This document shows positions 20,060 through 30,318 of a stretch of 64,000 bases of DNA, piece by piece. Below the pieces are notes generated by a model. That model saw only the letters and a program-made list of their open reading frames with translations. It did not search any database and was not told the DNA's origin. The translations under genes and the position numbers were made by a program. The stretch's first letter is position 1; each line of letters starts with the position of its first letter. This stretch comes from a virus. Where the stretch lies: IMG/VR virus record IMGVR_UViG_3300043438_001221. The stretch is one strand, 5' to 3'.

Positions 20060-21511
20060 ATGAATAATCTACCATCTACTGATATCCAAGGCTCCAAGAT
20101 GCAACAAGCAGTTGCCAAGTGGCGTAAGGTTCTCGACTATAGCTCGGACTCGATCCCAGCTATTCGGAACGAACACGTTTACAAGACGACTGCCATGCTT
20201 CTGGAAAACCAAGAACAGTGGTGCTACCAAGAATCGAATACTGCTGCCTCCGGTGGTGTGTTCGGTGCAACGACTTCCATTGGCAACGGTATCGCTAACA
20301 GCGACTCCTATGCTACTGGCGATGCTCGTCTGCCAAAGATTCTGATTCCTATGATTCGGCGTACTTTCCCAGAACTGATCTCTAACGAAATCGTGGGTGT
20401 TCAACCCATGGGTGGTCCAGTCGGACTTGCCTTCGCTCTCCGTTATGCTTATCAAGGTGATACCCTTGGTACTGATGGAATCGACGGTAAATCCTTCACC
20501 TCCACCTCTCGTGGTAATGGAACCCAAAACTACTCCGGTGGTGATGGACTCCCCGCCGACGAACTTGGTTATCAGCTTCTTGACACACGTTTCACTGGCA
20601 CATCTGCTGCGTTCCTTTCCGGTCATGCCGAATGGACGTTTGCAGACCAAGACAAAGGTATTGCAGAACTCCTGAGTAACTACGAACTGACGGGTAAAAT
20701 CCCTCAGATCGAACTCAAGTTCGAAAAGACCGCTGTTGAGGCCGGAACACGTAGGCTCGCTACCCGCTGGTCGGTTGAGTTGGAACAAGACATCAAAAAC
20801 ATGAACGGTATCGATATCGATGGAGAACTTACGAATGCTATGTCGTATGAAATCCAAGCCGAAATCGACCGCGAAGTTGTGATGCGTATGATCCAAACCG
20901 CCTTCAATGCTGGTGCTGGCGCAGGTTTCTCCATCTGGAGTCCTGTTAGTGCGGATGGACGTTGGACTGCTGAAAGGAATCTTACCTTCTATCAACGCCT
21001 TATTATCGAAAGTGGTCGTATGGCTGCTCGTAACCGTAGAGGTGCCGCTAACTTTGTTATCGCCACTCCCCGCGTTTGCAGCATCCTCGAAATGCTTCCC
21101 GACTTTAAGGTTTACGAAATCAACGGAACCGTTTCGACGGCTGGTGTTGGTATCGCTAAAGTTGGTACTGTTGGTAGCCGCTGGACTGTGTATCGTGATA
21201 CTAGGACTGAAGTTCAGAACTCCTCTCTCTACTCGCCTAACTACTACACTGGCCAAACCAGTGGAGTTGAATACGCGCTGTTGGGTTACAAGGGTTCTGA
21301 ATACTATGATACAGGAATAATTTACTGTCCGTATATCCCAATTATGGTGCAACGGACGATTGGCCCAAATGATTTCGCGCCCCGTGTTGGTCTTATGACC
21401 CGCTACGGAATTGTGAATAACATCTTTGGTGCAAATCTTTATTATCACCTTATCATTGTTAAAGGTCTTGGAACCGCGTTTACGCCCGGATCGGTCAGCA
21501 CATATTTATAA
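20060..21511 (+). CDS. major capsid protein (T4 gp23-like)
   Basis: LLENQ, IVGVQPMGGPVG, EIQAEIDRE, YCPYIP, PRVGLMTRYG. Confidence 0.97.
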   Translation: MNNLPSTDIQGSKMQQAVAKWRKVLDYSSDSIPAIRNEHVYKTTAMLLENQEQWCYQESNTAASGGVFGATTSIGNGIANSDSYATGDARLPKILIPMIRRTFPELISNEIVGVQPMGGPVGLAFALRYAYQGDTLGTDGIDGKSFTSTSRGNGTQNYSGGDGLPADELGYQLLDTRFTGTSAAFLSGHAEWTFADQDKGIAELLSNYELTGKIPQIELKFEKTAVEAGTRRLATRWSVELEQDIKNMNGIDIDGELTNAMSYEIQAEIDREVVMRMIQTAFNAGAGAGFSIWSPVSADGRWTAERNLTFYQRLIIESGRMAARNRRGAANFVIATPRVCSILEMLPDFKVYEINGTVSTAGVGIAKVGTVGSRWTVYRDTRTEVQNSSLYSPNYYTGQTSGVEYALLGYKGSEYYDTGIIYCPYIPIMVQRTIGPNDFAPRVGLMTRYGIVNNIFGANLYYHLIIVKGLGTAFTPGSVSTYL

Positions 21512-21557
21512 TTTATTGTAAATAGCTGACTGCCAAGCAGTTACGTCAAATCAATCT

Positions 21558-21597
21558 GAAACCGGAGGTGCCGAAGACCCTCCGGTTTCCTCGTTTT
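21558..21597 (+). terminator. intrinsic terminator after gp23
   Basis: GAAACCGGAGG/CCTCCGGTTTC 11-bp stem between convergent genes. Confidence 0.7.
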
Positions 21598-22270
21598 AAA
21601 AGGAAAACCCAAATCCAGATTCTTGCCGATCATCAAATTCCATTTTTGTAAATTTTCTTAACATCTTCCTACAATCATCGCAATAATCGAACATATCAGC
21701 GTCAGCTAAATAATCAGCTAGACTTTCTAATTGAGGATACCCGCAATCTTTCGGTATAACATAAGAAAAATCTTTGGATTTCTCGTGAAACACCATAGAA
21801 CGAGTTATATCTACATATACACTATTCCATTTTTCCGCCAAATATCTCATAATAGCTACAAATCTATCCATCCCTCTTTTACTGAAATATGCGGGTGTTT
21901 TAGCTTTTGAGTCGATAAAACCATGAGGATAAATTAATGGAAGTTCTTCTGGATATTCAAATCCGAAAAACATTCTAAATGTATAATTATCAAGTTGGAT
22001 GAAATATGGGATTCGAACAGACGTTGTTTTATCCATTTTCCAAATAGCTTGATCCTTTTTAATATCCCTATCCATCACAGCAATATCAGTGAAATGTGAA
22101 TCACCATCAAATTCTACCCTATATGTCCGGTCGTTATGAGTAAATTTGAAATCTGATTTAAATCTTGTCCCCTCTATATTCACTTCAGATTCAACATCAA
22201 AATGTTTCGCCAGAATTTCCCCTAATTTTTGTTGTGTGAGATAATTTTTATTATTTATTTTCTTTTTCAT
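21596..22270 (-). CDS. putative PD-(D/E)xK endonuclease
   Basis: FKSDF...VEFDGDSHF...RDIKKD..VRIPY resembles DUF559/Vsr-like nucleases. Confidence 0.6.
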   Translation of the reverse strand: MKKKINNKNYLTQQKLGEILAKHFDVESEVNIEGTRFKSDFKFTHNDRTYRVEFDGDSHFTDIAVMDRDIKKDQAIWKMDKTTSVRIPYFIQLDNYTFRMFFGFEYPEELPLIYPHGFIDSKAKTPAYFSKRGMDRFVAIMRYLAEKWNSVYVDITRSMVFHEKSKDFSYVIPKDCGYPQLESLADYLADADMFDYCDDCRKMLRKFTKMEFDDRQESGFGFSF

Positions 22271-22276
22271 GTTTTA

Positions 22277-22304
22277 ATCATACCATATCATTATTATTTG
22301 TCAA
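22277..22304 (-). promoter_or_regulatory. sigma70-type promoter, leaderless start
   Basis: TTGACA-16 nt-TATGAT, 6 nt before ATG 22270. Confidence 0.7.
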
Positions 22305-23009
22305 CCTCTCCCCACAAATCTCCCAATACTCCCGTTCCTTCTCAATCCTGATATATCCCCGCCCAAGGTTCTTCGCAGCAACCAAAGTTGAACCAACCCC
22401 TGCCACGCAATCCAGAACAACATCCCCTTCATCCGAGTAAGTGCTTACCAAATATTCCAATAGATCAACTGGTTTTTGGGCGGAATGTTTGCGGGAATAG
22501 TTATCCACACATTTGAAATCCAGAATATTATCGGGAAATCTAGTGGTCTTACCCCCTTCATAATCCCTAATATTAACACCGTGATAAGCGTTGCCATTGC
22601 TACAACCCTTGGCGGAATTGGTAGGAACATGCCCATCCGTGATTTGGGGGTTGTATTTCTTACCACCAAAGATGCAGATTTCCTCCACCTTTCTAATTGG
22701 CATTCTCTTGGCGTGGAAGAAATTCGTGCCTTGGTTCTTCCGCCAATACCAACAATATTTGAATTTTCTGATATTGGAATTGATGAGCATGGTGGTGAAT
22801 GGTTGGCTACCGAAAATCGCCGCCACATAATCCTTTTTTCCGATTCTATCAAATTCTTTCCACAACAGATCAAATGATATAATGGAATCCCATTTTGGGG
22901 CTGTCATCCCATACGGCGGGTCAATGCATATGAAATCCACGCTCTTATCAGCAATATTTCCCATCAGTTCCAAACAATCCCCATACCAAATTTCTTGAAT
23001 CATACCCAA
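22278..23009 (-). CDS. N6-adenine/N4-cytosine DNA methyltransferase (beta class)
   Basis: GDCLE, IDPPY, HSAQKP, VLDCVAGVGST. Confidence 0.88.
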   Translation of the reverse strand: MGMIQEIWYGDCLELMGNIADKSVDFICIDPPYGMTAPKWDSIISFDLLWKEFDRIGKKDYVAAIFGSQPFTTMLINSNIRKFKYCWYWRKNQGTNFFHAKRMPIRKVEEICIFGGKKYNPQITDGHVPTNSAKGCSNGNAYHGVNIRDYEGGKTTRFPDNILDFKCVDNYSRKHSAQKPVDLLEYLVSTYSDEGDVVLDCVAGVGSTLVAAKNLGRGYIRIEKEREYWEICGERLTNNNDMV

Positions 23010-23057
23010 TCATATCATCTCCTCTAGATTTTTCAACCCATTTCACTAAATAATACC

Positions 23058-23495
23058 ATGAGCATCTATTCGTTCCAAACCGTCCTCCTTTCCGCCCAAA
23101 AAACCGGAACTCCTAACCTTATCAACACTTCCCTATCCGCTACGGGTGTCACCTATCTCTCCGGTGCAAACGTTCTGCTTGCCACACGCCAAACAGGTGT
23201 CGTATCCCTTTCCACCACGGACGTAGGGCTTGCCTACACCCCCACGGAATTCTTCGTCACATCCCCATCTTTCTCCCTTGCCGCTTACCCAAACGTCACC
23301 GTGAATGTCCTTGGATCAGTGTTTAACATTCCAGCATCTCTCAATGGTGCGGAGATGGCAGTCGTCAACACGAACAATTCCTACTCAGTCTTTAAATTCC
23401 TTAGCTCTGTGACTACGGTTCCCGCTTCCGCATTCTCTGAGACTTTCTCGGTGTCCACGGCTGATACCCGTCGCAAGAGATTGCTCGGATATTAA
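23058..23495 (+). CDS. Ser/Thr-rich putative virion protein
   Basis: Late promoter CTAAATA and beta-rich composition. Confidence 0.6.
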   Translation: MSIYSFQTVLLSAQKTGTPNLINTSLSATGVTYLSGANVLLATRQTGVVSLSTTDVGLAYTPTEFFVTSPSFSLAAYPNVTVNVLGSVFNIPASLNGAEMAVVNTNNSYSVFKFLSSVTTVPASAFSETFSVSTADTRRKRLLGY

Positions 23496-23522
23496 AAAAT
23501 GGACGGAAAGTGTCCGTTTTTG
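23496..23522 (+). terminator. putative intrinsic terminator
   Basis: AAAATGGAC/GTCCGTTTT hairpin followed by a T tract. Confidence 0.5.
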
Positions 23523-23537
23523 TATTTTTCAGCACAC

Positions 23538-23565
23538 TTGACATTTGTTTTATGTGTGGTATCAT
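23538..23565 (+). promoter_or_regulatory. sigma70-type promoter, leaderless start
   Basis: TTGACA-16 nt-TATCAT, 6 nt before ATG 23572. Confidence 0.7.
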
Positions 23566-23571
23566 GGTGAC

Positions 23572-23982
23572 ATGAAATGTCCATTATGTGATAAGAGCGA
23601 TGAAGTGATGTCATACCCATCAGGAAAAACATATTGCCATGATTGTGGGGAATGGTTCATAGCCAAACACCCCACAATTAAAGATGAAAGTATAGGTGCA
23701 TATAAATATATAAAACCAGAATTTTTGGAAAGAATCAGATCGCTGGTGGAATCTCATCCTCGAACAAAACTTCCTAAAACGCCTCCAGATGGTTTGCTCC
23801 ACAGCATGGCGATCCGTTATGACCATGGTTTGGGACTTCCCGGATATTACGACACTATTCCAGATACGGACGAAGGGGCGCATGAACGCAAGTATCAAGC
23901 CACCATTAGAATTATGAGTCAGCTTTATGAAGAAGTTTCCGGTCATGGATTTTATAAATGGGAGGAATTTACAAATGAATAA
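23572..23982 (+). CDS. hypothetical protein with N-terminal Zn ribbon
   Basis: CPLC...CHDC. Confidence 0.65.
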   Translation: MKCPLCDKSDEVMSYPSGKTYCHDCGEWFIAKHPTIKDESIGAYKYIKPEFLERIRSLVESHPRTKLPKTPPDGLLHSMAIRYDHGLGLPGYYDTIPDTDEGAHERKYQATIRIMSQLYEEVSGHGFYKWEEFTNE

Positions 23983-24742
23983 TTGCTACGTTCATCCGAT
24001 TGGTGGTTTGGGAAACCAGCTATTCATCATTGCTGCTGGATACGCCTATGCCAAGAAGCATAACAAGAAGCTGATCATCGTTCCCGATAATTGGTTTGCT
24101 GGGCAAGGTAATAGTGTGTTATCCTATAAAGATACGATCTTTTGCAATTTTGAGTATGGTTCCTTACCATTTACCAGAGATGTCATTCCCGTGCATGAGC
24201 AAAGATTTAATTACAATGAATTACCTTTTGTCCATGGGAGTGTTTCCCTTCATGGGTATTTCCAATCCCTGAAATATTTCGAGGATGTTAAGGATGAATT
24301 TATATCTTTGTTAAATTTACCCGATATTGATAATACTTCTTTTAGGACTCAGAAGGGTTCCCATATTCCATTGATTGGTGTTCATATCAGACGAGGAGAT
24401 TACATGCTTCATAGGAACATCCATCACGTTTGCAACACTGAATATTTTAATCATCTTTTACACGAATTTGAAAATTACAATCTTGTAGGGTTTACAGATT
24501 CCCCTGCTCATGTGTTGGAGGAATTTTCCAATTTTAAATTACAAATACCGATTTTCAATTCCGATCTGGATTCATTTACATCAATGAGTAAATGTGATAT
24601 TATAGTAGGAAGCAATTCCACTTTCTCTTGGTGGGCATCTTTGATTGGTAGAAAAACCTGTCACTTTCCATCCAAATGGTTTGCCGATGGGAGGGAACAT
24701 GGGGATATTTACAGAAAGGATATGATATTACACGATGTTTGA
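23975..24742 (+). CDS. alpha-1,2-fucosyltransferase (GT11)
   Basis: GGLGNQLF, GYFQSLKYF, GVHIRRGDY, NSTFSWW. Confidence 0.9.
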   Translation: MNNCYVHPIGGLGNQLFIIAAGYAYAKKHNKKLIIVPDNWFAGQGNSVLSYKDTIFCNFEYGSLPFTRDVIPVHEQRFNYNELPFVHGSVSLHGYFQSLKYFEDVKDEFISLLNLPDIDNTSFRTQKGSHIPLIGVHIRRGDYMLHRNIHHVCNTEYFNHLLHEFENYNLVGFTDSPAHVLEEFSNFKLQIPIFNSDLDSFTSMSKCDIIVGSNSTFSWWASLIGRKTCHFPSKWFADGREHGDIYRKDMILHDV

Positions 24743-24998
24743 TTCAATCAATCACATGCTATTTGATAAGAAAGGGGAGATGACCAACGAATTGTTGGAA
24801 GAGTTCTCCCCCTACATGGTGACTCGATATCTGAGTTTCTATGACGATGACCTGTTGAATTATGCCAACGAGACTGTAAATAAATATAATAGTATTTTTG
24901 AAAATGATGAAGAGCGGTTTCGGTTCTTTGAGAATGTGATCCCCAAGCTGAAACGGAAAAGAATTAATTATATTTCTAGAAAAAGAAAAGTGGGATGA
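24735..24998 (+). CDS. clamp loader small subunit-like (T4 gp62-like)
   Basis: FD.IN...K, FSPYMVTRYLS..D....ANE.N, IPK.KR pattern. Confidence 0.6.
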   Translation: MFDSINHMLFDKKGEMTNELLEEFSPYMVTRYLSFYDDDLLNYANETVNKYNSIFENDEERFRFFENVIPKLKRKRINYISRKRKVG

Positions 24999-25759
24999 AA
25001 GCTCTTGTAGTATGCCCAACTTATGGGCGAATCCCATACTTGGGAAGAATGTTGGCATCTTTTTTATCACAAGATTATGATGATAAAGAATTGGTAATTA
25101 TCAATGATGATAAAAACGTCGAGTTGTGTTGTGATTATAAAAATGTAAGAGTTATCAATTGTGATGCGAGATTGACAGTTGCACATAAAAGAAATATTGG
25201 AGTGTCCATTGGAAATCATGATATCATATTTCCAATGGACGATGATGATATATTTCTATCAAATAGAATGAGTAATCACATCTCCAAATATGGTAATATA
25301 ACAGCATATAGAAATGCCGCTTGTTATGTAATTTATGGGAATCAATTTATTACAGGAGGATCGTCTCCAAATGCGGTATCTTATTTAAAAAAATCTTGGC
25401 TTAAAATTGGAGGGTATAAAATGTTGGATGATATTAGGGCAGACGATACACATCTATACTTCGAATTGCGAGATAATGGAGGGTTACACGAGGTAAATGA
25501 TGTGGATGATATTGATTTTGTTTATCATTTCGGGGGTGTAAATTATCATTTGTCATCCACCACTCAAGAAAATATCGAAAAAATAGCATACCAACAGTTG
25601 CAGCGCATGGATTTGGTTGATGGAAAATATTGGATAGAGCCAAACTACCATCAGTTGAAAAAGATCACAGATTTGGTAGATTTGTTTAAAACGAATAAAG
25701 AAAATATAAAAATTATTCATGGGGGGGATTGTGAATTTACAGTTGACAATGAAAAATAA
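24995..25759 (+). CDS. glycosyltransferase family 2
   Basis: CPTYGR, SFLSQDY, ELVIINDD, MDDDD. Confidence 0.85.
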   Translation: MKALVVCPTYGRIPYLGRMLASFLSQDYDDKELVIINDDKNVELCCDYKNVRVINCDARLTVAHKRNIGVSIGNHDIIFPMDDDDIFLSNRMSNHISKYGNITAYRNAACYVIYGNQFITGGSSPNAVSYLKKSWLKIGGYKMLDDIRADDTHLYFELRDNGGLHEVNDVDDIDFVYHFGGVNYHLSSTTQENIEKIAYQQLQRMDLVDGKYWIEPNYHQLKKITDLVDLFKTNKENIKIIHGGDCEFTVDNEK

Positions 25760-25774
25760 TATCTAAATATTCCC

Positions 25775-26200
25775 ATGACAGTATCCATTGATAAGTTAGC
25801 ACCCCAAAAATCCCACATTGATCTAAACGATCCCAACCTTCCCACTGACTTCGGAATGGATGATTATATCCTATCCCGTCTGATGGACGATGTGATGCTC
25901 GTTGAGTATTGTGACCTCGCCCAAGGAACCCAAGAATCGGGAGATTTCGTCCAGCGTGGTAGTCTTCTCATTCCAGTGGCAAACGTTGATAAGATGTGGC
26001 GCAAGGGGAAGGTGATTCTCAAGGGGCCGAATGTTCTCTTTACGGAGGTTGGGGAGATTGTGGTGTTCCCCAGCGGTATGGGAAGCGGTGTGAGTAATCT
26101 GGAAGTCAAAGGCTACGGAAAAGTGAAGAACGGACTGTTCTTGAATGAGCAACGCATGTTTGGCGTTTGTGAATTAAATGAGACTGATAAAACGAACTGA
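25775..26200 (+). CDS. GroES/Cpn10-like co-chaperonin
   Basis: L.D..LVE, GSLLIP, GKVILKGP, VGEIVVF, LNEQR.FG pattern. Confidence 0.7.
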   Translation: MTVSIDKLAPQKSHIDLNDPNLPTDFGMDDYILSRLMDDVMLVEYCDLAQGTQESGDFVQRGSLLIPVANVDKMWRKGKVILKGPNVLFTEVGEIVVFPSGMGSGVSNLEVKGYGKVKNGLFLNEQRMFGVCELNETDKTN

Positions 26201-26591
26201 GTTACAGCGTTTGCTGAAAAGCAATATTTGTGACCTGATGATTATCCGTAGAAGACCGGAACGCGCCCCCGGAAGACCGGACATTCGCCAGATGTTATGC
26301 ACGAATAGCTACGAGATTCTGCGTTCTGAAAACGGATTGAGAACCCTCCAATATCAAGGTTCTCTGGAACCCAAAAAGATCAATGAACGTAAACATAATA
26401 TCGTAGTAGCGTGGGATATTTTTATGCAATCATATAGAAATATATCAATGGACATGTGCTACCTTGTTCAACAAATGCCAGCAGATGATACGTTCTGGCC
26501 GTTCTTTAATGAAAAAATATACCCCATGAGTGCCAATGAAAAAATGCGATACATGGACATTGAACTCAATCTTGACCCCTTTCCAAAATGA
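26178..26591 (+). CDS. hypothetical protein, possible WYL-like/SH3 fold
   Basis: R.MLCT...VVAWDIFMQSYRNI pattern. Confidence 0.55.
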   Translation: MRLIKRTELQRLLKSNICDLMIIRRRPERAPGRPDIRQMLCTNSYEILRSENGLRTLQYQGSLEPKKINERKHNIVVAWDIFMQSYRNISMDMCYLVQQMPADDTFWPFFNEKIYPMSANEKMRYMDIELNLDPFPK

Positions 26592-26917
26592 TTAGAATTG
26601 AAGAACACCTAAAACAACTGATTTTCCGTGATGTGAAATTCGTATTAAATTCCCGAACAATTCGGGAGGGAAAAATACAAATGTTCAACACCAAGCAGAA
26701 TTTTGTAAAATTCAAGATTGAGGAAAGCGGGGAAATCAAGGAGTGGGAAATCTCCTATCCCTATGACATCAAGATCACGGACGGAGGATTTATTTTCGAT
26801 TATGCCTTGAGTGCATTCTGTCCCCGAACGGAAGAGGTGTATTGGAAAATGCGGATGTTGAACAAATCGGAAGCGTCCAAATTCTTTGACAATCACCTTT
26901 ACGTGATCACGGGTTGA
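26588..26917 (+). CDS. hypothetical protein
   Basis: 109-aa ORF coupled to the upstream gene. Confidence 0.6.
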   Translation: MIRIEEHLKQLIFRDVKFVLNSRTIREGKIQMFNTKQNFVKFKIEESGEIKEWEISYPYDIKITDGGFIFDYALSAFCPRTEEVYWKMRMLNKSEASKFFDNHLYVITG

Positions 26918-26941
26918 CTTCTGAATTTTGTCTGGTATCAT
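26914..26941 (+). promoter_or_regulatory. sigma70-type promoter, leaderless start
   Basis: TTGACT-16 nt-TATCAT, 6 nt before ATG 26948. Confidence 0.65.
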
Positions 26942-26947
26942 CCAGTT

Positions 26948-27205
26948 ATGACATTCAATATTAACGATTACGTTAAAGTTAGACTAACTGATGTTGGAAG
27001 ACAATTACATAGAAAAAATTGGGAGGATATAATTCCTGAAACACCACTCAAAATTGAATTTTTAAATAAATACCAACCTCCGTCAGAAGATAATAATGGA
27101 TGGTCTGAATGGCAAATGTGGGATTTGATGTCAGAATTTGGGAGGTATATGTACCTCAATTGCAATCCGCCCTTTGAGACTGAAATTGAAATTGTTGAAA
27201 AATGA
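26948..27205 (+). CDS. hypothetical protein
   Basis: 85-aa ORF behind a promoter. Confidence 0.65.
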   Translation: MTFNINDYVKVRLTDVGRQLHRKNWEDIIPETPLKIEFLNKYQPPSEDNNGWSEWQMWDLMSEFGRYMYLNCNPPFETEIEIVEK

Positions 27206-28827
27206 ATAATCTAATCTTAAACTTTCCAGAGGGATTCAATCCCCGTGATAAACAAGCCAAAGCTCTCAATGCCATTGAAAAAGCATTTGAGAATGGTAAG
27301 AAATTCGTAATCGTCCATGCGGATACTGGCGTGGGAAAAACACATTTAGCCAAAACATTGGGGAATGTATCCAAAGATGTTCCCGCCGAATTTGAACGGA
27401 TTGTCAGAAACTACAGTGTTTTCAGTGATGAGGGGGCTGATATGGTTGCCGATTTCCAACCCTTTGGTTGTTATGCCCTGACAATCACGAAATCCCTACA
27501 AGACCAATATCAGATGACCTTTGATGATACGGGAATGCTGAAAGGTAAAAGTAATTACCAATGCGATGTGGATGATACCCTATCGGTTGATGTTGCTCCC
27601 TGTATCTACGTGGCAAACCAGAAGAATGAATGTTGGAAAGCAAATCGCTGCCCTTATTACAATTCCCGTAATGACATGCTGACTGCTAAATTCTCCACTC
27701 TGAATTACAGTATGTTTTTCTCCTTGCCGAATCATCTCAAGACAAGACAGGTGATGGTGTGTGACGAAGGATCGGAATTGGAAGAGCAATTGGTGAGCCA
27801 ATTCACATGTGAGGTGGACATTCCATTCCTGATGAAGACGCAGACGTTGGTGACACCGTTTCCCAATGATGATAAGAACAAGCCCAAGGTTCTCTCATGG
27901 GTGAACTCCCTGATTGAGAAAGTGGAAACATCTTGCGCGGATTACAAGGAATGGTTCTCATCCAATACCGTCAAGAAAGACATCATCACGTTCAACAAGA
28001 AGAAACAGGAATACACGAAACTGACAAATCTTTTTAATTCTCTTGGATTACTTTCCGAATCTTTCTATGACAGTGATTATATCATTGAGCGAGTGGAATA
28101 CGGCATCCGTTTCATTCCCCTGAAAGTTGATGTGCTTTCCAAGCATCTGTTCTCCCATGCGGAGAAGGTGGTTATTATGTCGGCAACGATTATTGATCCC
28201 GATGCGTATTGCAAATCTCTGGGAATCAAGGATTATGAATACATCCATGTGGGAACTGATTTTGAGCCTGAGAAATCCCCCATTCATATTATGGCGAAAC
28301 AAAAGCTGAATTTTAATAATTTAAAGACCATGCTTCCAACGCTGATGAAACAGATTGAAGGAATTCTGGAACATCATAAGGATGAGAAAGGGATCATTCA
28401 CACCCACACACATTTCCTGACTGAATATATTCAGAATAATGTTAAAACAAATCGTTTTCTGTGTAGGGAAAAGGGGGTGAATAATGAGCAGCTTTTGGAA
28501 ATGCATGAGGAATCCGAGGAACCCACTGTTCTGGTGTCTCCATCCATGACCTACGGAGTTGACCTGAAAGGCGATCTGGCGCGGTTCCAGATCATCCTGA
28601 AGGCACCGTGGCTACCAACCAAGGATGTGCGGGTGGAGAAGCTGATGAAGCTTGACAAGGATTGGTATGGTAATCAGATGTTGAAGACACTGGTACAAGC
28701 TTGTGGGCGCGGTGTCCGTTCGGAAGATGATTATTGTGAAACATATATTCTTGACGGGAGCATTTTTGATGCTATAAACAGGAACAAGAAGAAGTTGCCG
28801 AAGTTCTTTCTGGATAGATTTAATTGA
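27202..28827 (+). CDS. DinG/XPD-like SF2 helicase
   Basis: Q motif, ADTGVGKT, KGKSNY.C with Cys cluster, DE, MSAT, GVDL, QACGRGVRSEDD. Confidence 0.88.
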   Translation: MNNLILNFPEGFNPRDKQAKALNAIEKAFENGKKFVIVHADTGVGKTHLAKTLGNVSKDVPAEFERIVRNYSVFSDEGADMVADFQPFGCYALTITKSLQDQYQMTFDDTGMLKGKSNYQCDVDDTLSVDVAPCIYVANQKNECWKANRCPYYNSRNDMLTAKFSTLNYSMFFSLPNHLKTRQVMVCDEGSELEEQLVSQFTCEVDIPFLMKTQTLVTPFPNDDKNKPKVLSWVNSLIEKVETSCADYKEWFSSNTVKKDIITFNKKKQEYTKLTNLFNSLGLLSESFYDSDYIIERVEYGIRFIPLKVDVLSKHLFSHAEKVVIMSATIIDPDAYCKSLGIKDYEYIHVGTDFEPEKSPIHIMAKQKLNFNNLKTMLPTLMKQIEGILEHHKDEKGIIHTHTHFLTEYIQNNVKTNRFLCREKGVNNEQLLEMHEESEEPTVLVSPSMTYGVDLKGDLARFQIILKAPWLPTKDVRVEKLMKLDKDWYGNQMLKTLVQACGRGVRSEDDYCETYILDGSIFDAINRNKKKLPKFFLDRFN

Positions 28828-30056
28828 TACAATTTTTAGTGAAAAAAATAGTAAAACATGGCAAATTTAGAATATTCATTTCAGATAAAGTAGAAACGCG
28901 AAAATATAATAGTGTGAGTAAAATAAAAACAATAATCGACAAATCGTTGGAAAACGTGTTCTGGGTTTCCCATCAGGGTAAATTCCTTGGCTCTTCCGAC
29001 TACCCCCAAGAATTTGAGCAGAAATATGGGAACATCTCCTATGCGTCTCTGGCAATAGATGACTATCTTTTTGACAAGCAGCAGCTTGAGAGAATCCATG
29101 ATTTCCTGAGAAAATGGAATTTTGATGTTGCACAGCAATACAAGATCAACGAATACAACACAGGATATTATTACTGCGATGATCTGACGCTTATGGTTCG
29201 GGCAACATTCGGTATGCCGGAAGATAAGATTGATAAAGATGATGATGAAGATGCGTTCACACCAAATAACGGGGGAATTACAATTAGTTTTTCTCCGCTG
29301 ATTAAGAATCGGAAGATGATCGAGGACTTTTTGAAGGAATTTGTGGATGGGGAATTTTGGTTTTTACCTGCTTCGGAGAAGAATTTTTATATGATTGCTC
29401 AAACTCAGCATGGGTTGACGAAAAGAAAAACAAATTTTGCGAATATTGAAATTAAAGATGATAGATACGATTTATATTACGGTGAGGATTTCCCGAAAGA
29501 TAAGATCATGAGCTTTGTTAAGGATAAACATCCTGAAAGTTTGTTACTTTTTCACGGGGTTCCCGGTAGCGGAAAATCAAATTTGATTAAAAATCTGATT
29601 ACTGAATGTGAAGATGATGTCATTTACATCCCACCTTCCATGGTATCAGTTATTTCCCAACCATCCTTCATATCATTCATGTTAGACAATCGCGGATGCG
29701 TCCTGCTGATTGAAGATGCTGAAGAGATATTATCCGTTGATAGAAATTCAGGAACACAAAACATTTTGGGTATGACCGATGGTTTCCTCCGCGACTGCAT
29801 GGGAATGCGTATAATTTGCACATTTAATTGCGATTTGAAAAAGGTTGATCCCGCCCTTTTGAGGAAGGGGAGGCTTTACCTAGAATACCGTTTTGGTGAA
29901 CTTTCCATCAAAGATGGTCAGAGATTGGCTGATTATTGTGAGCTTGACATTACAATCGATAAGGAAATGACGCTTGCGGATATTTTCAATTACCATAAGG
30001 ATAACACATCTACCAAGTCGTTTGAGGATCGTCTAATGGGATTTGGGAATTTTTAA
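28824..30056 (+). CDS. AAA+ ATPase (start uncertain, possibly GTG 28914)
   Basis: HGVPGSGKS, LLIEDAE, TFN..DPALLRKGRL. Confidence 0.85.
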   Translation: MIQFLVKKIVKHGKFRIFISDKVETRKYNSVSKIKTIIDKSLENVFWVSHQGKFLGSSDYPQEFEQKYGNISYASLAIDDYLFDKQQLERIHDFLRKWNFDVAQQYKINEYNTGYYYCDDLTLMVRATFGMPEDKIDKDDDEDAFTPNNGGITISFSPLIKNRKMIEDFLKEFVDGEFWFLPASEKNFYMIAQTQHGLTKRKTNFANIEIKDDRYDLYYGEDFPKDKIMSFVKDKHPESLLLFHGVPGSGKSNLIKNLITECEDDVIYIPPSMVSVISQPSFISFMLDNRGCVLLIEDAEEILSVDRNSGTQNILGMTDGFLRDCMGMRIICTFNCDLKKVDPALLRKGRLYLEYRFGELSIKDGQRLADYCELDITIDKEMTLADIFNYHKDNTSTKSFEDRLMGFGNF

Positions 30057-30057
30057 T

Positions 30058-30288
30058 ATGAATGTTGTCATAGATGGTATCAAATATGTTCCCGAATACA
30101 CCATTCCACCATTGGATGATGTAAGATTGGAACGTTGTATCCAAGAATTGTTATCAATTCAAAGATTTCCAGAATACACTAATAAGCACCGAGCTTGGGC
30201 TTGGGACGCTCTAAACGCCATTGCGCCTGATATAGCAAAGCTACCACCTGAAAAAGTTTGGAATCTGTTTTTTGGGGATGATGAATAA
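30058..30288 (+). CDS. hypothetical protein
   Basis: 76-aa ORF starting VVIDGIKYVPE. Confidence 0.6.
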   Translation: MNVVIDGIKYVPEYTIPPLDDVRLERCIQELLSIQRFPEYTNKHRAWAWDALNAIAPDIAKLPPEKVWNLFFGDDE

Positions 30289-30318
30289 TGTATAATGATT
30301 AAGTAATCCTATAACGAT

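Noticed and set aside
20069-21448. 459-aa antisense ORF over gp23 (also 19217-20038, 13133-13759 and 58106-58876)
   Set aside because: Shadow ORFs explained by codon bias of the sense genes; no promoter or recognisable motifs
21596-23009. Nuclease plus methyltransferase as a restriction-modification pair
   Set aside because: The nuclease has its own promoter and resembles free-standing phage endonucleases; adjacency alone is insufficient
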